Shown piece by piece: positions 55,946 to 64,000 of a DNA stretch of 64,000 bases (positions within the stretch are counted from its first letter, which is position 1; every line of letters begins with the position of its first letter). The notes beneath the pieces were generated by a model. It was not told the DNA's origin and did no database searches. It was given only the letters and a program-made list of their open reading frames with translations. The DNA is taken from IMG/VR virus record IMGVR_UViG_3300045988_145033, positions 1-64,000 of that record. The stretch is one strand, 5' to 3'. This DNA comes from a virus. A program made the translations under genes and the position numbers.

Positions 55946-58900
55946 TTATATAGATTTTCCTTTACAAATTCTATCAATAAGTTTATAAAAGTCATCATTA
56001 GAATTCATACCAGAACTTCCCATTGTAACTGGAGTAGGGTTACCATTGACCGTAGTCATTACATTGTATCCATTTAGTGCAAGATTTGTCTTCTTACCAG
56101 TTACAGCTTCTATGAATGTAGCAAATAGCTTATTCATATTACGTAACTCTCCTAAAATAGCTTCAAGTAATTTAGTTTCACCATTTTGTTCCATACCTTG
56201 AGAACGATTTATGAATTTTACCAAGTTTTCATTTATTTCATTTAAAATACCAGTCTGAGTTTGACTATGTTTTGCTGATGCTTGTATACCAGCTTTTATC
56301 TTATCTGTAGATAAAGCAATAGAGTTTGATGATTTAGCAACACCATCATCACTACCTTTTCCAGATAAGTTCATAGTCTTTGTATATTGCTCTGCCGCAT
56401 TATATGTCATATCACGAGATACACGTCCATATCCTGCAAGAACTGGCTCAACCACTTTTTCTTTAAATGTACCATAAGCTCCTTTTATGATATCTACCAT
56501 AGAAGCAGTTTTCTTTGCAAGTTTTACAGATGCTTTTTCTTTGTATATCAAAATTGCTTTTGCCATACGAAGACGTTTGTCATTTACTGAAACTTGCTCA
56601 GATGAGTTCTTTTCCGGGTCATTTATATAAATCTTACCATTTACCATCTCTTTACCTATTATGAAATGTGGTGCACCAGTTGATGATACTGTAAGAAGTA
56701 TAGGAGAACGTCCGGCACGTAGTTCACTTACAAATCTTGCAAGTACCTTATCATTAAATATAACAGAACGTATTTTATGCTCAGCTAGTATATTTACGAA
56801 ATACTTCATAGGCGTACCAGCTTTAGGTGATGATTTCATAGCAACAGCTTTACGTACTAAATCTTCCATATTGTATCTTATCTTTAACTTATCAAGAAGC
56901 ATAGCCATAACAGCAGGACCACAACCAGCTTCTCTAAATCTAAGTCCTCCACCCATTCCAAGTTTATTCCACTTTCCTGAGTTTTGTGATACGTGTTTCA
57001 TAGGTCCAAAACCTTCGTTACCAGCTTTTAATCCTTCTTGTTGCTTTGCTGACGTTTTAACTTTTTGAGTTACGCTATATGGGTCAAAGGCATCAACAAC
57101 ATATCCGTCAAACCCCATAAATTGTGCTGCTTCTTTTGTAGACGGATATTTAGATGCTGAGAAATTAGCAACTTCTCTTCCTCTTACGTGTCCATCTCCA
57201 TCTTTGTCCATTCCGTGATTTGCTTTATATTCCGCTGAACCACGCGAATAAACTGGCTTATCTGGATGATATCCTAAAGACTTAGGATAATGTAAGTAAG
57301 AATATAAGTTATATAGGTTAGGAGGATATTTACCCAAGCCTTTTATCCATCTAGGTCCAACTCTTTTTAATTGCTCAAGTGGCGTGAAACTTCCCGGAAG
57401 TTCATTAGGTGCAAACCCCCAACCTTTTCTGTAACTCTTCATTACTTGGAAAAGTCCAGATGCTCCACCGTTACTATTATATGCGTCAGGTTGCCAAGTT
57501 GACTCAGAATAAGATACAGCTAACATATTTCTCGCAACATCTACTCCCCATTGAGAAACAGCATAATCCCACATTTCTTTCATTTGCTTCCTATATTGTG
57601 GGTTCTTAGCTTTTTGCATAAGCCCCATATTCTTAGTGACTCCAGTTATAACATTTCCACCACTAAAATCTCCTGAACTTGAATCTTCTGCTACAACATT
57701 GCCGTTTTCATCTAGGTTAAATCCTAAAGATGTTGCTAAATTTTTCACAGTAGCACCTATATCGAAGTTTTTGATAAATTCATATCTATCTCCAAATTTA
57801 GAAGCATTGTCATCATCTATCATAGCTTGCATATCAGATTTAGCTTTTGTAGCTTCTTGAGTTGTTGTATCAACTTTTGTAAGCTTACCGTCTGGAGTTA
57901 CAGGTCCAAATCCTTGATAAGCTCCATATCCGTCACTATCAGTTTTATATTTATCATACAACTTACTATTCTTTTTAGCTATGTCTTCTTTTTCTTTTTT
58001 ATCTTTCTCTTCTTGTTGCTTTTTAAGTTTTTCTTGATTTTCTTTTCTCTTCTTTGCATCTTCGTCACGTTTCTTCCAATAATCTGGGTCTTTTAAATCA
58101 TAATCGCTATCAGCATCTGGGTCATATCCATAATCAGTCTTATCAACATCACCATTTGCTTCTTCTTCACGCTTAGCTTTATATTCTTCATATTTGCTCT
58201 TACCCCATTCTTTTAATTCTTCTTCTTCTCTCTTCTTAGCTTCTTCTTTATCACTTTCTTCTTTATTAAAAGCTTCTAGTGCTTCTTTTGATTTCCATTC
58301 GGATTCATCAACACCAGATACCCATTCGTAGAACCACACAACCATATCATCTATAGGGATAGCAGCAAGCCACCATACTTTAGATGATGCTAGTCCCCAT
58401 AATAGTTCCACAAAACCTGATGCAAATTTCATACCAGTAGTTATGTAATCAGAACCTACGTTGAAATAATCTCTTGCGTGTCTCCAACCATGAATAAAAT
58501 CATATATTGCAAATATTCCGTCTACTATAGCTCCTACTGGTGGTAATGCGTAAGATGCAGAACGAGTAACATTTTTAGCTGTCTTCTTAGCGGCTTTCTT
58601 TGCAGCCTTTTTACTCATCTTTTTAGCAACAACTTCTATTCCGCCTTTCTTTAAAAGTTTTTCAGCAAATGCTTTAGTAAGCTTATAATTAAGAAGTTTT
58701 CTTAACATCTTTTCTATAAACTCTTTAAACCATTTACCAATAGCGGTTTCTGTTATTTGCTTTACTCCACGTTCAGCCAGATTTTGAGCACCTTTTCTAA
58801 ACGCTTCGTTTTTAAATAAACCATTTTTAGCTATTCTAAGTCCAGTTTGTTGAATATTATGAGTTACAGTTTCTCCAGTTCTTCCAGTAGAGTTTATAAA

Positions 58901-61900
58901 GTTTTCGTATTGTTGTCCATAAGAAGAATTAGCAAACGCAACAAGTGCTCCACCACCAACAAGTGCTCCTATTGCCGGAAGTGCTTTTACTATAGCTCCA
59001 CCCATAATCTTAGAACCAAGTCCTTGCATTCCAAGTTTTGTGAATATATTACCTAAGAATTTAGAACCTCCACCACCAGAACCAAACATAGATGCCGCTG
59101 CTCCAGCTATAGTTCCTAATACACCATTATCTTTCACTTGTTGTACTAAAGTTACCTTACCATCTTTATCCTTTTTCTCCTTATCTTTTTTGTCTTGTCT
59201 TTTATCAATGTCAGCATATTCTGCACCGTCTTTCATCTTAGGTGATTTACCTTTTCTTCTCTTTCCAGACATAGCAGATTTGAAGTCTTCTTTATATCCA
59301 AGCTTATTATACATAGATTCAGCATATTCTAAATCTACTGCACCAACAGCTTTTACAACTTCAACTACTCTTACATTATCTATTATACCGCCTTCAACCC
59401 AAACTTTATTAGTTCTATTCTTTCTACCAAATAGAATATTCCATACACCGGTTACTAAGTCTTTACCTCTTTGATATATCCAGTCAAATACCTTACCAAC
59501 TGAAGTTACAAGCCAAGTAATACCTCTACCTATCTTATCAAGACCTTTATCTATGATAGTTCCTATTCTATCAGCCGCACCCATAACTATAGCAGGAAAA
59601 TTAGATATAAGTTTCCAAGCAAGTCCAAAAGTAGCATTCCATAAAGTTCTACCGAATATCTTAATACCACCCCATATCTTGCCAGCAAACATTCTAAGTC
59701 CTAAAAGCATTTGAGTTCCCCAATACTTAATAGATGAGAATACCCCTTTTACGAACCCACCTATTCTTGAAAGCACTGGTAGTGCCATATGTTTCCATAT
59801 AGATTTAGCTATCCATAAAGGAAACTTAATAAACATAAGCTTCATAGCACCTAATGTTTGCATAGTTGCTGATACGACAGGTCTTACAAGTTTATTATAA
59901 AGTCCAGAAAGTAGAGCTCCCGGTAAAGCCTTAAGTCTTCTCCAACCGTTTTTGAATTTTTGTCCAAGCCAAGAGAAGTGCTTATTCTTTACATTCTTCG
60001 CACCAAAGCCGGGAATAGGTCCATATTTACGAACAAGAATTCTTTTAATATACTCAGCATTATATGCAAGAGATGAGGTTTGAAGATTTATAGTATCACG
60101 AAGTTTTTCAGCTTCTTCTAAATACTTCTTTCTCCAATTCTTTATAAGGATATAAAGTTCGGAACGTTTACCTAAATACTTAGCAAGAGCCGACCTTTGT
60201 GTCATATTCTTGTCAAAGGCTTGTATACCACCTTTTATCTTTTGAGCAACATTTACAACACCATCTCTCATCTTCTTAATCATAGATACCTTTATTGGAT
60301 TTCCATTCTCATCTAAAACTTCAGGTTCGTCTTCATTTGGGTCTTTTTTTCCAAATTTAGATTTAAGCCAACCTTTTATAGCGTTGACATAACCTTTCTT
60401 TCCTTCTTCTACATTTATACCTTCTTTGTGAAGAAATTCTTCAGTAGTTTCACCTTTCTTCAAAGCCTCGGCTTCAGGCATAGTTTTACCTATGACTTCT
60501 CCTATTTTATTTACATATGCTTTCTTTCCTTTTTCTAGCATATCCTTTATATTCTCATCTGTAGTAGATGAAACTACAGCTTCTTTAGGACCTACTTCCT
60601 CAGCTTTAGCCCCAGCTAACATAGTTCCAATAGTTATCTTTTCTTCATTTGTTAATGTCTTCCATTGTTTTTCTTTAAAGAATATCGCTTGCTTTGCGTG
60701 TGCTTCTAAAGTAGCAATATCCACTGTCATATCAGGTTTTCTATCAGGGTCTGCATATTCTACAGTTCCTTGAGAAGATATAAAGTATACCACAATATAA
60801 TGAAGATTATCAGTTTCAAAATCTGATAACTCTACTATTACACAATTTCCAGAAAAAGCACCTTTCATAAATGACATAAATGTACCAGCTTTAGGATTTA
60901 CAACATGGGTTGCATCTATTCCAAATTTTCTAGCGACGCTCATTATATATGAAGCTGGAACTCCATTTGTAGAACCTGTCCAACCAAATGATTTCTTAGT
61001 TAGATATTCAGGTTTTATAGAAAATCCTGTAGCACGAGATAAAGCCGTTGCAAGAGCTGATAGTCCACATAAAGTTCCATCTCCACCAATATTTGGTATG
61101 ACTTTACTTTTTATAGATTTCGCTATATCTTTTGCAACTCCTTTTAGATTAAGTGCTCCACTTCTTCCTTTTATACCCTTTCCTGATTGCCCTTCTTCTT
61201 CTTTAGCTTTGGCTTTTTGAGCTTCATCGACTTTAGCATCCGCTTCAGCTTTCTTCTTAAGATAATCAGCTTGAATTTCTTTACCTCTTTTCTTAAGTCT
61301 AAAAGCTTCGAGTCTTTCATCTAAAGTTTTATCTTTTACTTCTTGTACGTCTTGACCTTCCATACGTTTAGCAATAGCAGCCTTTTTAGCATCTTTTGCT
61401 CTCATCTTAAGTAAAAGCTTTTTATCACTTTCAGAAAACTCTGAAGCTTCTTGTACGTCTTTATCTGTCATACCTTCAGAACGCATATAAAGGTCTTCTT
61501 TACGTCTTGTAGCATTTTCATAAGCTTCAACATTTTTAACACCTTCTGGAGTTTTAGCTGTATGAGAAGCACTAAATGAAGCTCTTCTATCAGCTATATC
61601 GTCAGCGTCCGTTCTTCCAGTTACTAGAGTTCTAAACATTTTAAACGGAGCCGCAATTATTCTACCTATGAATTTAAACATTCCACCGAATATCTTTTTA
61701 AATACTCCAGCAATAGGGTCTATTACCTTTTCTTTCATAGTTTTAAAGAATGGTTTTACAAAGTCATTTGTAAATGAACCCGTAAGTTCTCCTTTTATAC
61801 CAGTTATAGTTTTAAATATACCAGAAGCTGTATTTGACATAAATTCCTTAATAGGAGTAAATGTTTGCGAAAGTGGCTTCCATATATCTTTTCTAAACCA

Positions 61901-63949
61901 TATAGCCATCTTTCTAGGAGCTTCTTTTATAAATCCAGTAAATCCTTTTGTAGCTTTTGTAAGTATTCCTTCTTTACCAGACTCTTTATCTCCTATAAGC
62001 CAAGTCTTTAAGTTTCCTAAGAAAGTTCCTTCTTCAGTTCCAAAAAGCATTTTTCTAAAACCTTTAGATTCCCCAGCTATAGATACAGCAAGTCCAGCAA
62101 GAGCCGCATTAACTGGTCCTATAAAACCAAGAGGTGTTGCAGCCGCAAGTATTCCAGAAAGTCCAGCAATAGCTCCACCTGTAACAAGTGCTCCTTTTGT
62201 AATTCTCATCATCTTAGCACGTGCTTCTTTAGCTTTTTCACTATTTCCAAATAATCTTTCAAATAAGTTAGACTTATAAGCATACACTCCAACTCCTAGA
62301 GCGAGAGCACCTAAAGCTAGAGGAGATGCAAGTCCTGTAAGTCCTATTATTGGACCAAACATTGACTTCTTCAAGAACTTGAAAGCTCCTATACCTGCCG
62401 CACCTATCATTGCGGCTTTTGATGCTTTCCATATAGTATCTTTATTATCTTCGTAAAAGTTCTTAGCTTTATCTTTCATATCTCCCATTTTTTCTTTAAA
62501 AGACTTAGCTGTATTTTCTACTCTTTCTTTCATTCTATCGACAGCTTCTGATTTACCAGATTCTATACCGTCAACAGTTCCATCATCTTTTAATTTAATA
62601 GAAGAAGCAACTGATGATACTGAATTTTTAGCATCTTTCCAAACAGACTTCGCTTTATCTATTTTTCCGTCAACGTTAATATCAGACCTTACTTGAAATC
62701 TATCTTTTAACTCAACTATCTTCTTTTTAAACCAGTTAGACGAATATATTATATCTTTAATTTCTTTTCTTATATCTTCGTCTTTCTTTTCTGGGTCTGT
62801 AAGTATTTCAAGTATTCTATCTTTATCTTTATCAGTCACATCGAATTTATCAAGTTCCATTTTAATAGATTCTATTTCTAAATTTCCGCCTATTATAGCA
62901 TCTATTGTAGCTTGGTGTCCTAGAATAGTATCAATAGAAAATACATCTGTATCCATCATATTTTTAAACCACTCTTTATCTTGAACTCCTATTCTTTCTC
63001 CAAGTTTAGTATTTCCTATATCAACTATAAAGTCCTTTATCTTATTTTTGAACATAGTTCCAGCTCTTCTATTATCTTTATAGAATTCATCTATAGATTT
63101 AATAGCATCTGGAGTTAGAGTTTCTCCTAATATATTTCCAACAAGTCCATCTTTATTCTTAAGAGATACCTTACCTTCATTCTTTAAAAGATATTCATAC
63201 TTAAACCCTAAAGATTCAAGTATCTTTTTCTTATCTTCTTCCGATACATTGCTACCGCCTCCAACTCCACCAGTTAGAAGTTGTTGAAATATAGCTTTAA
63301 GTCCTACGGCAGAACCTTCGTCTATAGAACCTGAGTTATTTAAAAGATGGATAACTCCATTATTTCTTGACTCTAAACTTTGCTCTCTAAAGAAATTATT
63401 AGAATCTCTTATCCAAGTTTCCATAGATTTATCAAGTGATGCGAACTGGTCGGCTCTATTTTTCTCAGCTTTATTCATCAAATCCACGAACTTATAAAAA
63501 TCTGATTTTGAAAGTTCATCAGACGATAAATTAAGATTTGATAGCAGTTGTCCGTAATCGTGTTCCTTGAAGTTAGTTAAAGTGTAACCCTTTTTAGATA
63601 GTTCTTCCATTACGATTTTAGTAAAATCATTAAGTCTTTGCTCATCTAAATTCTTCTTATCACCATCAGACATTTGAGATTTGAGCATTTCAGCTAGTTG
63701 TCTGTATTCGTACTTCATTGTAGGTCTATTATCTTCAAATTCTTTACGAACTGTAGATAATGTCTTAAACTGTCCTTTATTATAATCATACGTAGTTCTC
63801 TCATTTCCAGTTAAAGCTGAAGCAATAGATGATAGATATGTAGGAATTACTGTAACTATAGCTTCTCTTGTTATGCCATCGAAAAATACATGCTTTGATT
63901 TATCATACTTATCTGTACGAAGATTAGATTCAACGTCAGGTTTTATCAT
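55946..63949 (-). CDS. giant virion protein (at least 2667 aa), tape-measure-like, with two C39-like cysteine peptidase domains and a lytic transglycosylase (SLT) domain; frame open to window end so N-terminus may extend beyond 64000
   Basis: glycine-zipper TM segments; GTLCGLSALATAL...HYIVVYF and AGCGPAVMAMLL...PHFIIG (C39-like); SYSESTWQPDAYNSNGGASGLFQVMKSY (SLT). Confidence 0.5.
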   Translation of the reverse strand: MIKPDVESNLRTDKYDKSKHVFFDGITREAIVTVIPTYLSSIASALTGNERTTYDYNKGQFKTLSTVRKEFEDNRPTMKYEYRQLAEMLKSQMSDGDKKNLDEQRLNDFTKIVMEELSKKGYTLTNFKEHDYGQLLSNLNLSSDELSKSDFYKFVDLMNKAEKNRADQFASLDKSMETWIRDSNNFFREQSLESRNNGVIHLLNNSGSIDEGSAVGLKAIFQQLLTGGVGGGSNVSEEDKKKILESLGFKYEYLLKNEGKVSLKNKDGLVGNILGETLTPDAIKSIDEFYKDNRRAGTMFKNKIKDFIVDIGNTKLGERIGVQDKEWFKNMMDTDVFSIDTILGHQATIDAIIGGNLEIESIKMELDKFDVTDKDKDRILEILTDPEKKDEDIRKEIKDIIYSSNWFKKKIVELKDRFQVRSDINVDGKIDKAKSVWKDAKNSVSSVASSIKLKDDGTVDGIESGKSEAVDRMKERVENTAKSFKEKMGDMKDKAKNFYEDNKDTIWKASKAAMIGAAGIGAFKFLKKSMFGPIIGLTGLASPLALGALALGVGVYAYKSNLFERLFGNSEKAKEARAKMMRITKGALVTGGAIAGLSGILAAATPLGFIGPVNAALAGLAVSIAGESKGFRKMLFGTEEGTFLGNLKTWLIGDKESGKEGILTKATKGFTGFIKEAPRKMAIWFRKDIWKPLSQTFTPIKEFMSNTASGIFKTITGIKGELTGSFTNDFVKPFFKTMKEKVIDPIAGVFKKIFGGMFKFIGRIIAAPFKMFRTLVTGRTDADDIADRRASFSASHTAKTPEGVKNVEAYENATRRKEDLYMRSEGMTDKDVQEASEFSESDKKLLLKMRAKDAKKAAIAKRMEGQDVQEVKDKTLDERLEAFRLKKRGKEIQADYLKKKAEADAKVDEAQKAKAKEEEGQSGKGIKGRSGALNLKGVAKDIAKSIKSKVIPNIGGDGTLCGLSALATALSRATGFSIKPEYLTKKSFGWTGSTNGVPASYIMSVARKFGIDATHVVNPKAGTFMSFMKGAFSGNCVIVELSDFETDNLHYIVVYFISSQGTVEYADPDRKPDMTVDIATLEAHAKQAIFFKEKQWKTLTNEEKITIGTMLAGAKAEEVGPKEAVVSSTTDENIKDMLEKGKKAYVNKIGEVIGKTMPEAEALKKGETTEEFLHKEGINVEEGKKGYVNAIKGWLKSKFGKKDPNEDEPEVLDENGNPIKVSMIKKMRDGVVNVAQKIKGGIQAFDKNMTQRSALAKYLGKRSELYILIKNWRKKYLEEAEKLRDTINLQTSSLAYNAEYIKRILVRKYGPIPGFGAKNVKNKHFSWLGQKFKNGWRRLKALPGALLSGLYNKLVRPVVSATMQTLGAMKLMFIKFPLWIAKSIWKHMALPVLSRIGGFVKGVFSSIKYWGTQMLLGLRMFAGKIWGGIKIFGRTLWNATFGLAWKLISNFPAIVMGAADRIGTIIDKGLDKIGRGITWLVTSVGKVFDWIYQRGKDLVTGVWNILFGRKNRTNKVWVEGGIIDNVRVVEVVKAVGAVDLEYAESMYNKLGYKEDFKSAMSGKRRKGKSPKMKDGAEYADIDKRQDKKDKEKKDKDGKVTLVQQVKDNGVLGTIAGAAASMFGSGGGGSKFLGNIFTKLGMQGLGSKIMGGAIVKALPAIGALVGGGALVAFANSSYGQQYENFINSTGRTGETVTHNIQQTGLRIAKNGLFKNEAFRKGAQNLAERGVKQITETAIGKWFKEFIEKMLRKLLNYKLTKAFAEKLLKKGGIEVVAKKMSKKAAKKAAKKTAKNVTRSASYALPPVGAIVDGIFAIYDFIHGWRHARDYFNVGSDYITTGMKFASGFVELLWGLASSKVWWLAAIPIDDMVVWFYEWVSGVDESEWKSKEALEAFNKEESDKEEAKKREEEELKEWGKSKYEEYKAKREEEANGDVDKTDYGYDPDADSDYDLKDPDYWKKRDEDAKKRKENQEKLKKQQEEKDKKEKEDIAKKNSKLYDKYKTDSDGYGAYQGFGPVTPDGKLTKVDTTTQEATKAKSDMQAMIDDDNASKFGDRYEFIKNFDIGATVKNLATSLGFNLDENGNVVAEDSSSGDFSGGNVITGVTKNMGLMQKAKNPQYRKQMKEMWDYAVSQWGVDVARNMLAVSYSESTWQPDAYNSNGGASGLFQVMKSYRKGWGFAPNELPGSFTPLEQLKRVGPRWIKGLGKYPPNLYNLYSYLHYPKSLGYHPDKPVYSRGSAEYKANHGMDKDGDGHVRGREVANFSASKYPSTKEAAQFMGFDGYVVDAFDPYSVTQKVKTSAKQQEGLKAGNEGFGPMKHVSQNSGKWNKLGMGGGLRFREAGCGPAVMAMLLDKLKIRYNMEDLVRKAVAMKSSPKAGTPMKYFVNILAEHKIRSVIFNDKVLARFVSELRAGRSPILLTVSSTGAPHFIIGKEMVNGKIYINDPEKNSSEQVSVNDKRLRMAKAILIYKEKASVKLAKKTASMVDIIKGAYGTFKEKVVEPVLAGYGRVSRDMTYNAAEQYTKTMNLSGKGSDDGVAKSSNSIALSTDKIKAGIQASAKHSQTQTGILNEINENLVKFINRSQGMEQNGETKLLEAILGELRNMNKLFATFIEAVTGKKTNLALNGYNVMTTVNGNPTPVTMGSSGMNSNDDFYKLIDRICKGKSI

Positions 63950-64000
63950 AACAGACCTACCGAAAGTAGATAAAGTTGCATTAGATGATAAAGATGCAGT

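Noticed and set aside
4774-61668. Numerous 60-200 aa ORFs antisense to or nested within long genes (e.g. 4774-4986+, 5632-5826+, 8682-8867-, 15132-15401+, 24131-24394+, 30256-30708+, 33305-33511+, 41453-41683-, 44374-44685-, 46487-46786+, 48375-48734+, 52161-52430-, 52583-52918+, 56387-62279+ series)
   Set aside because: No RBS, Ser/Leu/Phe-rich translations typical of AT-rich antisense frames, and complete overlap with well-supported genes on the other strand.
1-64000. Chance occurrences of AACA-N6-T(A/G) inside coding regions
   Set aside because: The motif is short and about 100 chance matches per strand are expected. Only instances placed 20-60 nt upstream of operon-initial start codons were reported.

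Overview
AT-rich (about 29% GC), densely coded bacteriophage-like window; nearly all long ORFs are real genes and there is almost no non-coding DNA. Coding layout: (i) 0.3-8.3 kb, a minus-strand block ending in two large probable virion structural genes (676 aa and 274 aa). (ii) 8.3-15.8 kb and 22.4-39.7 kb, long arrays of small minus-strand genes of unknown function. Many carry their own upstream 'ATATATTATATA'-type promoter box, a conserved leader and an extended RBS (AAATTTTAAGGAGG), and are followed by an intrinsic terminator hairpin. Among them are a type II topoisomerase A subunit, a C-terminal fragment of a multisubunit RNA polymerase beta'-like subunit, and an NrdG-like radical-SAM activase. 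(iii) Plus-strand operons at 15.9-22.4 kb (large structural-looking proteins), 39.8-43.3 kb (C-terminal half of a family-B DNA polymerase) and 44.0-46.5 kb (HD-domain hydrolase and two others). Each is preceded by an AACA-N6-T(A/G) motif. (iv) 46.5-64.0 kb, a minus-strand operon: GroEL-like chaperonin, SF2 helicase, small membrane proteins, an acidic low-complexity protein, and a giant protein of at least 2667 aa. The giant protein has tape-measure-like glycine-rich TM segments, two C39-like peptidase domains and a lytic transglycosylase domain; its ORF is open to the window edge. The split RNAP subunit, chaperonin, split PolB and two-tier promoter grammar (early AT-rich boxes versus AACA-N6-TR late motifs) together suggest a jumbo phage with its own non-canonical multisubunit RNA polymerases, of the kind described for AR9/PBS1-like, possibly uracil-DNA, Bacillus phages. 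This is inference from motifs only. No rRNA, tRNA or CRISPR array was found. The most unusual non-coding element is a 668-bp gene-free island (43325-43992) with repeated GC-rich motifs and stable hairpins.
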